A stretch of 62,900 nt of DNA, the filler included, from Bonamia ostreae (Eukaryota): NCBI GenBank assembly GCA_040357525.1. It is 49 parts of 49 records of this genome, joined end to end, with 100 filler letters (N's around TTAATTAATTAA, not from the genome) between each part and the next. Parts side by side here need not be neighbours in the genome. Positions count along the whole stretch, not along the records: positions 11,641 to 12,831 come from JBDODL010002402.1; positions 12,932 to 14,122 come from JBDODL010002403.1; positions 14,223 to 15,413 come from JBDODL010002404.1; positions 15,514 to 16,704 come from JBDODL010002405.1; positions 16,805 to 17,993 come from JBDODL010002406.1; positions 18,094 to 19,282 come from JBDODL010002407.1; positions 19,383 to 20,571 come from JBDODL010002408.1; positions 20,672 to 21,860 come from JBDODL010002409.1; 41 more parts are not named here. One strand, written 5' to 3'. Position numbers and translations under genes: made by a program. The notes beneath the pieces were generated by a model that did no database searches, was not told the DNA's origin, and was given only the letters and a program-made list of their open reading frames with translations. The stretch's first letter is position 1; each line of letters starts with the position of its first letter. Positions 11,641 through 24,648 of the stretch are shown here, one piece after another.

Positions 11641-12640
11641 CGATTTTGTACTTTTGCCATTAGAAAACATGCAAAACAAATTGCGACAATTTAGCGCAGT
11701 CGCTTCAATCGACCACATTTCGTTAAAAAATGAAATTTTGTGCCCCTCTTTACACGACAGCAACTTCAGCAGTTTTTAAATCCCAAATTCAAATTTTTTA
11801 AATCAATTTTGTAAATTTTACAAAAAGAGAAAAATTGGAAAAATGTTAGTAAAAGACTCCGCAAAAAATTTAAAAGAGAGTTAAATCTTTCACAAGTTTA
11901 AAAATTTTTGTCACAAATTTCAAAAGTACAAATCCATTAAAACTGCAATGCAAACGAACGGAATATCAATTTTACAAGGACCGCCTGGAACTGGTTAAAT
12001 TTTGCTAAAATTTAGGAAAAACGAAAACTGTGATTTCACTAATAAATTTATTGCACATCGCCGCTTATTCAAAGTTGTTACAATAAAATTTTACCTCTTA
12101 TTCGTCCAAATTTTTGCTAAATTTTAAATTGCTAAAATTTAGATATTACGAATCTTTATTGAATTGGATCAAATCGGAACATTCCGACAACAACAAAAAA
12201 GTAAAACAAAATTTTGGCGGAATAACTAGTCTTCAAAACATCAATTTAAACACGTTCAAACAATTTTTCCAAAATTTGAAAAATTGAAAAAAGCTAAATT
12301 TTGCTATTTTTTAGTATAATAACTGCGGCATGTTCTAAAACAGTACGCGAAAGCGACATTAGAAGAAAGAAGCCGCGTATTCTAGTTTGCGCACCTTCAA
12401 ATTCAGCTGTAGACGAAATCGTATCAAGACTCGCTGTTCAACAAATGTTCGACTTTGAAGAAAAACTTTATACGCCCAGAATGATCAGGTTGAAAATATT
12501 AAAAAGCAAAATTTTATATTTTAGAAATTTGATTTTAAGTTTTAAAAATTTTTTAAATTAATAGAATTGGAAATTCTGCCAAAATTAGAGAAAACGTTCA
12601 TTTTCACCTTTCTTTAAAACAGAATGTCGACGCTTTTTTC
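11641..12640 (+). CDS. Senataxin/Sen1-like SF1 (Upf1-family) helicase, internal fragment (protist-type contig)
   Basis: Removing introns 11896-11926 (31 nt) and 11994-12015 (22 nt) gives LNLSQYKSIKTAMQTNGISILQGPPGTGKTKT (Walker A); motif Ia RILVCAPSNSAVDEIVSRL; MIR|IG across intron 12489-12564. Confidence 0.9.
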
Positions 12641-12654
12641 GCGTATGAACACAG

Positions 12655-12831
12655 TTTTTATAAAAATGTTATTTTGCAATTCTTAAATTTTTATAAAAAT
12701 GATATTTTGCAATTTTTAAATTTTCGATTTTTAAATTTTACATTTTTTATAAAAATGATATTTTGCAATTTTTAAATTTTTATAAAAATGATATTTTGCA
12801 ATTTTTAAATTTTCGATTTTTAAATTTTACA
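12655..12831. repeat. AT-rich tandem repeat (~32-55 bp unit), probably intronic
   Basis: Repeated ttttataaaaatgatattttgcaatttttaaatttt up to the contig end. Confidence 0.85.
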
Positions 12832-12931
12832 NNNNNNNNNNNNNNNNNNNNNNNNNNNNNNNNNNNNNNNNNNNNTTAATTAATTAANNNNNNNNNNNNN
12901 NNNNNNNNNNNNNNNNNNNNNNNNNNNNNNN

Positions 12932-14058
12932 TTGCTTATTTTTTGAGCGGTAAATTGCACTAACTATTTTTTGTGCTCAAAATCTAAAAAGATATTTACA
13001 AATTTTTTCCAATCAAAATAATAAAAAAAATTGATCAATCTTAATAACTAAGTTATAATGAAAAATTTGAATATTTTTAACGAGTTCTGTCTCATGCTAA
13101 CATCGATTTGTAACAACTGTCAAATCAATCTTATGGTAAAACTGCCAAACTACCAAGATTGGATCAACAATATCGCAAAATTCACTGCTACTGCATTTAA
13201 CATTCACAACGTTTTCTTTGTCTCACTATAAAAAAATTTGCTCCAAATATCTAAAACGATAAATAAAAATTTAGGCGTCTACAAATGGAATCCATTATTT
13301 ATTGATGCTTTGGTCAAAATTCTCTTCTTCAATAATATACTTTAGAAACAAAACACCGGAATTTCTGAGAGATTTTGTTCCGCAAATCACAATCGAGTTC
13401 ATGAACGCAAATCTCTCTCATCTCGCAAATCAAATAAAAGAAAACACTGATTTTGACTGTGATAAATTAGACAATCAATAAAACAATTAATTTTAAAACT
13501 TTGAAATATTAAATTTAGATATAAATCAACCAAAACTTTAATCAGAATTTTTATCAAACAAAATTGTTTTAACAAAAAAAGCCCTTTTAAACGAAGTAGA
13601 AATGACATCAATTTTCCAATTTCTGCCATCACTTTTCCATTCAGATTACGAAAACTCAATAAACTGGGTCAAAAAGAAGTTTGACGGCCATTTCGCGCAA
13701 TTGCAATCTGTTTTGAACGGCTCCGTTCGGCCAAACTCAACCAACAACAATCAATTGCAAATTATCGAAGTCGAAATGGCTTGGATTGTCTACGTCGTCG
13801 CCGCCATTATTTCCGGAGATGTCGCTTTCACGGTCACTCAGTCGAAAAACAAAAAATTGGATGCTGCGATTTCTTCTCTGCCATTAAAAATTGTTCCTTA
13901 TACGATTCTGCGATCGAAGAATATGTTTGAAAATGGTCTGGAGGCAACGCCGTTGTTAGAGAGGGCGTTGCTATGTTTTTTCAAGAATTTTCAGAAAAGT
14001 CATATTCAGATTTACATCTATAAGCCAATTTTGGATCCGGTTGATAAGGATCTTGACG
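12932..14058 (+). CDS. XPO7: Exportin-7 / RanBP16-17 family, internal fragment (protist-type contig)
   Basis: Spliced frame: IFNEFCLML...LMVKLPNYQDWINNIAKFT, GIHYLLMLWSK, EVEMAWIVYVVAAIISG, LERALLCFFKNFQKSHI; these track exportin-7 motifs (HEFCRLL, VHYLLSLW, LTWLVYIIGAVIGG, LELA.L.FF..FRK.YI). Confidence 0.85.
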
Positions 14059-14579
14059 TTATTAATCAATCTTTTGTTATTGCGACCAACTTTTGATTTT
14101 TTTTGTCAAATTTGTTATTAATNNNNNNNNNNNNNNNNNNNNNNNNNNNNNNNNNNNNNNNNNNNNTTAATTAATTAANNNNNNNNNNNNNNNNNNNNNN
14201 NNNNNNNNNNNNNNNNNNNNNNGAATTATGTCTGTGATAGTCAGTGGAGACAAACTTTATGTTAAATGGAACTGTGTTCCACATGGTTAATATAATAATT
14301 GACTAAAATATTGTTTTTTCTTCTTCCAGGAATGACATGAAGTTAAATGGTTACAATCAAAGCAAATTTGAAAAAAAAGTATGTTTTCTCTCTCTTTATA
14401 TATCCACTGCTGAAGTTCAATTTTACAGCTGTCATATTTAGATTCTTAGTGATGGGAGAATTTGGGTCTTTAATATCTAATCATTTTATAATATAGCTGA
14501 TGAAACAGTGACATTAAAATGGCATCGGCGATGAGGATGGAAGAAGACATGGATGTAGATGTACCTACAGGTGATTTCA

Positions 14580-15182
14580 GGACAGATATCAGAATGGATA
14601 TTAGAGATATCAACAAATAACGGAACAGACATCAGAACAGATATTAGAGATATCAGAACAAATATAAGAACATATATCAAAACAGATATCAGAACGTATA
14701 TTAGAGATATCAACAAATATTGGAACATACATCGGAACAGATATTAGAGATATCAGAACAGATATTAGAGATATAAGAACATATATCAGAACGTATATTA
14801 GAGATATCAACAAATATCGGAACATACATTGAAAGAGATATTGGAATGGATATTAGATATATCAGAACAGATATCGGATCAGATATTAGAAATCAGAACA
14901 TATATTAGATATCAGAACAGAGATTAGAACAGATATCAGGATAGATATCAAACATATAACAGAACAGTTATTAGAACCTATTTGATATTAGAATGGATAT
15001 CAGAACAGATATTAGAACATTTGATATTAGAATGGATATCAGAACAGATATTTAAGAACATATATTAGATATTGGAACAGATAATAGAACAGATATTAGA
15101 ACAGATATTAGATTATTTATCAGAACAGATGTAAGAACATATATTAGATATAAAAACTTATATTAGATATCAGAACAGATTA
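14580..15182. repeat. Degenerate ~12-bp tandem repeat (gatattagaaca / gatatcagaaca)
   Basis: About 600 bp of visibly repeated short units; explains the low-complexity ORFs on both strands. Confidence 0.9.
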
Positions 15183-15689
15183 TACTCAATGTCTGATTGA
15201 AGTCTTCCATTTAGCCCTTGCCCTTTAATTGATGATGATCAGAACTGAAATAAAACATTTGGTTTTTTTTAAGGTCATATATACATGACGCTTCTCGGTA
15301 ATATATAATTTTTAGTGACATTTCAGGTACAATTCGCTTGTACAGTGTATCCTATCTTGTTTTTATGGAAAAAAAATTATGAGAAATCTCATGGCCAAGA
15401 GCTAACTAAAGATNNNNNNNNNNNNNNNNNNNNNNNNNNNNNNNNNNNNNNNNNNNNTTAATTAATTAANNNNNNNNNNNNNNNNNNNNNNNNNNNNNNN
15501 NNNNNNNNNNNNNTTGTTCAAATGGGTCAAATTATAAAGCAATATAAAAGGAGACATTCGAGGATAAGATATTAAATCCGAAAATATCTATTTTTATTTT
15601 TTATTCCAAAATATCTATTTTAAATTTTATTTTTTATTCCAAAATATCTATTTTAAATTTTATTTTTTATACAAAAATTTTTATTATTT

Positions 15690-16704
15690 TCATCCAAACA
15701 TTATTAATTCAAAATATATATTTTTATCCAATAACATTATCTCAAAATAACAATATCTCAAAATATTTATAAATTTCAGATTATCTTCACTAAATTTTAT
15801 TAAAAAACATTCTGTCTCTTTCTTCCCTCCCAAATCGCTTGACTTCTCTTTTATATTTTCCAATTTTGCCATTTCCTTAAATTTAAAGTTTTCTATTGAA
15901 TGCTTAATCGACTCTTGTGTCAACGCCGGAAACGTTTCCATCCAACTTTTCACTCGATCCAACAAATATGCCGGACATGGATGAGCTTCATTCGCGTGAA
16001 ACAACAGATTAAGCTCATCTTTTCTTTAAAAATAATCGATTTTAAAACGCCACTCCGATCTGTCGAGCGAGATGTTGCGAGCTTATCGCGGCTTTTTTCA
16101 GAGCAAATTTTACTTCGAGAACAGTCTCGAAATGAGGATTGCCGACATTTCCATTCACATTTATTTCGTTCGCCAATTTTTCAACCGATTTCTCAAAATC
16201 GTTCAAATTTTTCGATCTATTTTCTTTCGAAAATTTTCGTTTTGTTGGACCCGTTTCGACCGACTTTTTCGAAAAAATCGAATCGGAATTTTTTGGATCC
16301 GATAATTCGACTTCGATTGCTGTTTCAGAACTATCGAACGAAATTGAAGGAGGCGAAGGACTTTCTGACTGCGATTTTTCAACAACTTTTGGGACGAACA
16401 AAAATCCTCTTTTGATTTTTCCTTCCGATTTTGCTTCGATTTTAAGAACGTTTTCGCTGTAGCCAGTGACAATAATGTCGCAAGTTTCACTTTATTATTT
16501 TTTAAATTTGAATACCTTTGTTGAAGATCAAACGATGTATGCGAATGTATTCTCGGCCGACCTCGGCGCATGTTCGATTCTTCGTCGAAAGGGAGATGCT
16601 CGGGATAATATCTTTAATGAATTTTTGGAAACAGTTTTTCGTATGGCAAGAGAACTTTTTTGTAGATGGATTTGAGCAAGGAAGAGGCGTTTGTGGAAGT
16701 TTCG
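15690..16704 (-). CDS. ARID-domain plus AT-hook protein, 3' part (protist-type contig)
   Basis: Contig edge reads ETSTNASSLLKSIYKKVLLPYE (ARID C-terminal helix); 21-nt intron 16612-16632; then NMRRGRPR (AT-hook); further short introns link to the 16042-16401 and 15690-16004 ORFs. The 3' end is uncertain. Confidence 0.7.
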
Positions 16705-19700
16705 NNNNNNNNNNNNNNNNNNNNNNNNNNNNNNNNNNNNNNNNNNNNTTAATTAATTAANNNNNNNNNNNNNNNNNNNNNNNNNNNNNNNNNNNNNNNN
16801 NNNNACATATTAGGCATCACAGTTACGAATTTATACACAAATAACTCATGTCACCCACTTTAGGACAGAATAAGTGGGTGGAGCAACATATAAAACACTT
16901 ATTTGTTTGTAGTAATTTCTATCATAAACATGTATTTACATTATATTAAAAAATGAAACTAAACAATGCTGCAAATATGTAAACAACAATACAGCTATTA
17001 CACTTGGTAATACTCCCTCCATTGTGGAAATTCATAAAAAGTAAGACACGTCACATGATCTAACTTATCTATAGCGAGCGAGCCTCATTTTAGCTTCATT
17101 TTCTCCCTTTAAGAACCAAGCATATCAGCAGCAGTAACTCATATTTCATTTATCTTGTTAATTACTTCATCAACTCTAATGGGAGTAACATTTTTCTCTT
17201 AACGGATCTAACAACTGCATGAAATGGATCTTATATTGAATGCAATAACTTTCATACATAAACTATGGAGGAAGTCTGACTACAAAATTACACTACAAAC
17301 ATTATGATGAAATGCATTAGAATCTGATTAAAATGACCGTAAACGTAGTCTAACTGCTTGACTGACACATGATGATAAAACCAGCAGACGTCGAGGAAGC
17401 ATCTACACTATTCCGATGGGTAGTAATTTACTCTAACTAGTACATGTATATGATACAATCTTTAACCAGACAATGCTTCGCATAGAATATCTCTATATAA
17501 ATATATATAAATCCCTTAACCCCGTGACAGCAAAACTGATAAAACTGGAAATCAAAAGGGGTCTTTCTCTTCCTAATCCGAGCATTGCCTGTGAATTGTA
17601 TAGAAATCTTCTCAAGTATTCTTAAGGTACTGCGTGTAATGGAAAGTGTTATTTTCTTATCAATGTCAAGAAATTCCAAGTCTCGGTCATAACCCTTAGC
17701 TTATGAATAGTGGTTTGTCTTTGTCTAATTATATCTAATTTACTTAACAGGTTTTGGACTATTCCATATTATATCATGTGACTACCCCTAGAAATGTAGA
17801 TGGAGTTCAAATGTAGTTAACATATAAACATTTATGAAAATCGTCCGAAGGAAACTTGAGTTTGTGCATGCCACAGAATGTTTTGGACAGACAAGACGGA
17901 CGTACAAACGGACGAGAAGAGTGGGTATTCTATGGCGTATGCCATACGATATTTCCTAATAAACCATACTTTTCTGTCTTTTGTATTACCTTGNNNNNNN
18001 NNNNNNNNNNNNNNNNNNNNNNNNNNNNNNNNNNNNNTTAATTAATTAANNNNNNNNNNNNNNNNNNNNNNNNNNNNNNNNNNNNNNNNNNNNGGAGTGA
18101 TGAAATTTATCACTGTTGGTTGTCTTCACCTTAATTTTTTTCTTTCGAGAAATCCAAACCTGTTCCGATAATTTCAGTAGATCGTATACACAAAGTTTCC
18201 ATTAATTTGCGGGACATGGCGTCCTAAGATTGATGTCGTAATACGTATAAACCGCTGTTTCCTATTTGGCAAGCACCATCATATCAATTTGGTTTTTCAA
18301 GGTCGTTTAACTTTTCATTGCTTGAACTGTCACCAGATATGATGCGATACGACACATTTTGACCTATTTATGGTGGTCAAAGCTGTAGGAGTGAGGGTTC
18401 TCTAAGAGAATATTTGAAAGACCTGGGAATTTCACTTCTAATACCGGCCACTTGACAAAAACAAAATCAGTACGTATGTGAAACTTCTTAGATATGACTT
18501 TGCGCCGGTGGTGATATATAGCAGGAATGATGCAAAAATATAACTGGTGGATCGTTCTTATTGCTCCTTTAAATTTGTGTATGATGTATAAAAATCGAAC
18601 ACCACCAATTTTAATCTTGCACTTAACCGTGTATGGTCAATCCAGAATGTATTCTATTATTTGTAGAACAACTTGGTTCATTTAGGAAGAAATGATATGA
18701 AACCCGTTACATCTTTAACTAACCAATCAACTCTTCCGGATTGAAATCATGTGAAGTAGACTTCGCGGAGGCATATCCGATCCCATCAGTATTTCGTTGT
18801 ATTCGATTCCAATCCAAAATATTGCTGTTTATATGTTTAAAGTCAAAGTGTAGCGCCAATGTATTAATAGTATTTTACGAATATCTACTAAGAGGAATTA
18901 TTGCTGTGACATATATGAAAATGCCACTTCACAAATACTCATATTTTAAAATGATGGGAAAATATAAAACCCTTGCACAAATATGGCCAATATTTTATGT
19001 TTTATTTCCATATAATTATATATAAGGCAACATTACACGAAAAAATATTGATGAAGATGGAATTTTTTGAATGTCTTTTACATCAGCAATATCATTTCTT
19101 TCTTTATCTGCACCGTGTGATGTTGACAGTACGATAATTAGGTTAATGTTTGAGGGATTCATGCAAACATACACCCACATCCCCTGCCATTTTGATATGG
19201 ATACTTCGTTTATGCCGCAAACCAGTCAAATTGATACAGAAAAATTCTCATTATTGGAATTAATATATTAACTGTTCAGGTGNNNNNNNNNNNNNNNNNN
19301 NNNNNNNNNNNNNNNNNNNNNNNNNNTTAATTAATTAANNNNNNNNNNNNNNNNNNNNNNNNNNNNNNNNNNNNNNNNNNNNTTGTCATGTGTTGAAATA
19401 ACAAATGACTACTACACGTACCTCCAATTGCATAGTACATAATCATGCATAGCCATGAATCGGCTGGGCTTACACCAGAACATTGACAAATACCTACAAA
19501 TTGACTAGATAGTGTTTACCACAGGCGGACTAGTCACTTGACATAAGCAGCCCAGCCAATAAAACAGCTACAAATGCTAAAATACACCAACAACATTTTC
19601 CTCCATTTTTGCATTGTTTTCAAATTTTTACTTTAAGATTCAATGGTGAAAACATTACCCAAAAGTTGAAATTATTCAAACGTCGTTTTGGTGCATTGTA

Positions 19701-21567
19701 TGCATTAATGGCCGATTCACATTATTGTTTGATCAAATAATACAAAATCCATTTCCTAAAGTCTATTATAAGGTAATTGGATACCCAAAATTTTGGATGC
19801 ATTTAATGAAGTTGGACTTTGCTGTGTTGTTGAGTTTACAAGTAGTATTGGTGAATAATGCAAAAATAAAGGCGAATTCGTGCGAGCATTTTGTGGTAAA
19901 TATGGTTTTTTTTAGCCATATTAGATATTGACAATACTTTTACAAAATTCTATAGCAAATCATTTTGGTAGATTCTATATGTCCTTGAATGTAGGAGTTC
20001 AAAAACAGGATATATTTACCGTAATTGACACATGAATTTATCACGGAAAACACATTTGTACATTAATCTACAATTTAACATTCGATTCAGTTTTGTCATT
20101 AATATAAACATTATCAATAAATAGGAATTCAAAATATTGATTACAAATCTCGAAACTGGCACATGCTATTGTGTATAACGCTATGTTGCTTCGTAACTTA
20201 CCATACTGAAAAATTCCTGGCTTGTTTTCCTGTTTGACATTTTTCATGACGTTTTCAAAAATAGTATCTTCTTCATGTTCAATGGCATTTTTATTAATTA
20301 CACATCTTGCTTTTGTGGGTTCATTTCTTATATCTCCCTCTAGATCTGTTTCACACATAAATCTGAATGACCATTAAAGAGAGCTTTCTCTTTACGAAAA
20401 GTGTTCTTTGCATTTTTTTTTCACAATCATCGTCAGCCATCTTTGTATGTGACGTATGTCCATTTCAAATCAAATCAGTCGAACGTGATTTGATATTATC
20501 CTCAAGAAAATTTACGTCAATCTTGACGTCATTGATTTCTGTGTAAACATTGCCTCCTTCTAGAATCATACNNNNNNNNNNNNNNNNNNNNNNNNNNNNN
20601 NNNNNNNNNNNNNNNTTAATTAATTAANNNNNNNNNNNNNNNNNNNNNNNNNNNNNNNNNNNNNNNNNNNNTGATGCGGATAAAATTTAGCAGCAAATTA
20701 AACTGGAAAGGAATTTTGGCTTTAGTTCCACTAATTTTTAATGACATTATAAAATTAATGTTTTGATATATTCTATAAATTCAGTATCTGCAAACAGAAG
20801 GGTACTCATGAATTGATGGCAGTTAACACCTATGGATTTTAGTAGATTGAATGTGCATGTAGGATCGACACGTGGTGAAGTAGGCCTAATGATCTCAGAA
20901 CAAGACTGAAGAAAATGTGACAAAAGGTGAGGCTTCACGTTGTCTTCTCAAACCGTAACATCTCATACTTCAAAATTATTACAATTGCATTATGTTTATC
21001 CTGCATTAATTCATTAAGTCAAATATGATATATCCTACCTAAAGTTTTGTTTGTTAAATTTCGTTTCCGCTTCTGATATCTGGCGCATGGCCAAGAATGA
21101 ATAGTTGGTCTGACGGGGAGCATATATGCACCTTGTTCCTTTCATATACGTTACATGTAAAAATGTATTGAAGCGATAACGTATGATCTCAGTAGTTTAT
21201 TTCTCATGTTTCAATGCAATTACTCGAGTCCTAGAATAGCACTTTTATTGGTTCATTTGGTATGGATGGTTTATTGAGACGGTACAAACAATAGATGCCG
21301 GAAAATAGGGAACACTTAGCTATATTATACAATTCTTTAATTGTTTATCATCCAGGGAATTGAGATATTATCCGATCAGTGTTTTTGTAGATAAGAAAGA
21401 TGATTCGAATTCAATGTTCTATCATACAACTGGTTAAACATCTACGAGTAATTTAAATCACAACCATATATTCACGGACTTGTGCCACGGTAACAGTTAA
21501 ACACGTGAACCTCCTTTAGCAGAATATATAGAATTTCTTCTTCTTTTCCTCCAATAGAACAACAAGC

Positions 21568-21860
21568 ATGTCCAATCAGCAAGGAACACTAGAAAACATT
21601 TTTGAACAGATCAATAATGGTACCAGTGATTCCTTCTCGTCTTTCCAGTTCGAATGGATTAGAATTGCGTCCTTTCACAATTTCCCAGACGGTGCATTAG
21701 TCAGCACACTTCGGCTAGCAAGATGTGGATATTACTATACCGGACAAGGCAGGGAGTGTCGCTGCTATTTCTGTGGTTCTACACACTCTGACTGGAGCTG
21801 CGAAATAAGTCACGAGCCTGATTGTGCTCAGAGAATGGACTATAGAAATGCACCAGTCCC
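21568..21860 (+). CDS. BIR-domain inhibitor-of-apoptosis protein, 5' part (animal-type contig)
   Basis: EWIRIASFHNFP...LRLARCGYYYTGQGRECRCYFCG...W...H..C; preceded by a polypyrimidine tract and AG acceptor. Confidence 0.85.
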
Positions 21861-24029
21861 NNNNNNNNNNNNNNNNNNNNNNNNNNNNNNNNNNNNNNNN
21901 NNNNTTAATTAATTAANNNNNNNNNNNNNNNNNNNNNNNNNNNNNNNNNNNNNNNNNNNNACCCTTAATCAAGTTGGTTTTTAATTAGGTTGGAGATCAC
22001 ATTGCGAGTAGAATATCCGACTGAATGGACGTAATTCGATCTTTTATCCAGCTTTAGTTAGTTTAGAAATTGTGCTTTTTTCATTTGATTAGTTTCTTCT
22101 TGTAATTTGCATCTTTGTTCCTGGGATGAGATGAGTTGTCCAAAATTTTTTGACAATTTTACTCTTTTAGGTTAAGTTTATAATTTCTCCCGTAACTTTT
22201 GCACTTAAGAATGAGAGAAGGAGAGAGGAAGTTTTACATTATCATTTTATTTCGGCAGAGGATGAAATACATGGGCTTGCAGAGGAAAACGAAGGTTTGT
22301 AAATCAATGTATAAAGTAATTAATTGCCATTTATTTTTACCATGCATTCGCATCTTTTCACTGAATCCATTGTAATATAGGGTAAATGATGTTTTTCCTT
22401 TAGACTATGCTGGATGGAGTTTAGTCACTCATTTTTGAAGCCTATGTATATTACTGACACTGTCATTTAACCTGAAATATTTGGAAAGTCTATGGTAAAT
22501 GAACATCTAAATATATGAAGCTATTTTCACAATTTTATGACAAAGCTAATTACCATATATAACGAACATGATCTCCCTAAGTTAGAGAGATATTTTTTGT
22601 CTTAAAAACGACCAGAGATATATCTTATGCATACAGATACCTGTGTATATCTAAGTTAGAGAGATATTTTCTTTAACCTAAACGAATTTTGAATAAGAGA
22701 TATATATATCGTAACAACTACATATATCTGTTTATCGTAAAGATATATCTTTTTATCAATGTGAATTGAAGTTCAAAAATATCTCCTACATATTTTCATA
22801 AAGAGATATAGCTTTAACTTACAGAACTATCTCTTAAAGTTAGAGAAATATCTTTATATCTTTTCCCATTTGATCACAATCCTCCCAAACATGACCATCG
22901 CTATATATGTGACGTGATAAGGTAATGCAAAATGATGGGAAAGTTCCAGGAGGTCGTTTGGGCGACATAAGTTGCTATCAGAGTGAGCGTAGTTAATTGT
23001 ATGATAATTACTTCAGGATTTTCCTTGAATGTAAGAAACTAAACTTATGTTAAGCTATATTGGTATTGCTATCCCACATATCCCTTGACAAAAAGGATAA
23101 ATAGGCAAATATCCAAAAATAAATAATCTATTGCAGAGGTATGTGCCTNNNNNNNNNNNNNNNNNNNNNNNNNNNNNNNNNNNNNNNNNNNNTTAATTAA
23201 TTAANNNNNNNNNNNNNNNNNNNNNNNNNNNNNNNNNNNNNNNNNNNNGTATTGAATCATTTGAGAGATCGTATAAACAGCATATGCAGGTGATGGAAAG
23301 TTGACAATTAATGGGGATATGGTAATCGTTCAGAAAACAAGGCTATGCACCCGACTAAAGTAATTCTCACAGTGATCAACAATTTCTGATGAAATGGTGT
23401 TAAAATAAGTAATTGGAATTTGGGAATCATAAAGCATTATAATGACCAATTTTATTCAATCGGCATTTAAGCGTCCCAATAACACATTAACCAAATGAAT
23501 AAAAGGAATATTACTTTCATTACTTACACGGCCATTGTCCATTAATAATTTAGATTCCTGAAGAAGCAGATATCCGAAGTAGAAGTAAAGCGAAAGTGAC
23601 GTANNNNNNNNNNGAGAAGCATACTTCGGATTCAGTACATAAGGTCTAGAGTCCTCCTTGTAGTCTGTCAAAAGCTCCTTCATCTTTCCAGGTTCTACTG
23701 AGTTCTTCTTTAAGAATTTTGAGGTTACCGGGGAGTATGTGATTTCAAAACCATTTGCTTTGGAATTATTTTGTTTGTCTTCATCTGAAATTTTTAAGAT
23801 CTCAAATTAAAGATAGATATATAATCGTACAAAATGACCAAGTGTGGTTTTTGTTTATTAATATCCCATGGAAAGGTAATGAAAATATGGATAGTGACAA
23901 TCGTTGTTTTCTTACCATATGTCCATACTTTAAAAATGAAAAGAAAAACATTCTCCGAAATTCATCGATGACAATAATAAATAATCCTAAACAGAATATA
24001 GAATAAAAAGTTGGGTAAATCCGCCTCCC

Positions 24030-24360
24030 TGGATCTATCAAAGGTGGATTAGGTGGCTAAAGGAAATAAGTATCCCCTGTCAACCGCTCTCGCACGCCGT
24101 GAGCAGTGTATTTCAATATGGTAAACGGAATAATCCGTAGTCAGCATCAGCATGCAGAGAACGACCAGAGAGCAATCGACCAAATCATAAAATGGTAAAA
24201 CCAGATCGTTGCAACGACCATAGCATTTGTTAAATGCTGACTTGTGTCAATGTCCAAACATTGAAATATGGAATAAAGTGATATAAAAAGATATTCCTCG
24301 ATCATGTTTTACCCTTTCTCATACACGAAAATTTAGATAAATAGTATGCAGAAGAACAAT
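24030..24360 (-). mobile_element. 3' end of a degenerate retroelement, probably Penelope-like; related copies at ~31000-31170 (+), 47748-47810 (+), 52625-52681 (+), 53895-53959 (+), 54355-54495 (-)
   Basis: Reads KSAFNKCYGRCNDLV (recalled RT C-terminal motif FRKFYGRYNDL), then a tail shared by the copies (acggattactccgtttacc...ggcgggtgtgac...caggggatgcttactcct...cacctgatc). Dispersal is seen in the window; family assignment is from recall. Confidence 0.65.
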
Positions 24361-24648
24361 TTCTCTAGTGGTATGATAGTAACGTGTATGGTCACTTTCT
24401 AAATCGAGGCAGCCAACTAACAAACAAGTTGTTGTNNNNNNNNNNNNNNNNNNNNNNNNNNNNNNNNNNNNNNNNNNNNTTAATTAATTAANNNNNNNNN
24501 NNNNNNNNNNNNNNNNNNNNNNNNNNNNNNNNNNNTTTTTTTTTACTTGTTTTTTATGTCATTTTTTTAATTTAATCGATTAAAAAGTACATTTAAAATT
24601 CTGCAAAATTGTTTTAGAAAAAACGTTTTTATTAACGTTTCCAAAAAC

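Noticed and set aside
11990-12020. Stop-codon reassignment (TAA/TGA read-through) in protist genes
   Set aside because: In the genes where conserved motifs could be followed, in-frame stops fall inside removable GT-AG mini-introns, and TGA/TAA end genes normally (SUN, TSR1, WD40).
14486-14825. Repetitive hydrophobic ORFs (also 4367-4963, 40878-41069, 49287-49680)
   Set aside because: Translations of tandem or low-complexity repeats.
20747-20938. Weak resemblance to the Lines protein C-terminal domain
   Set aside because: Similarity too faint and no clear splice structure; needs an HMM search.
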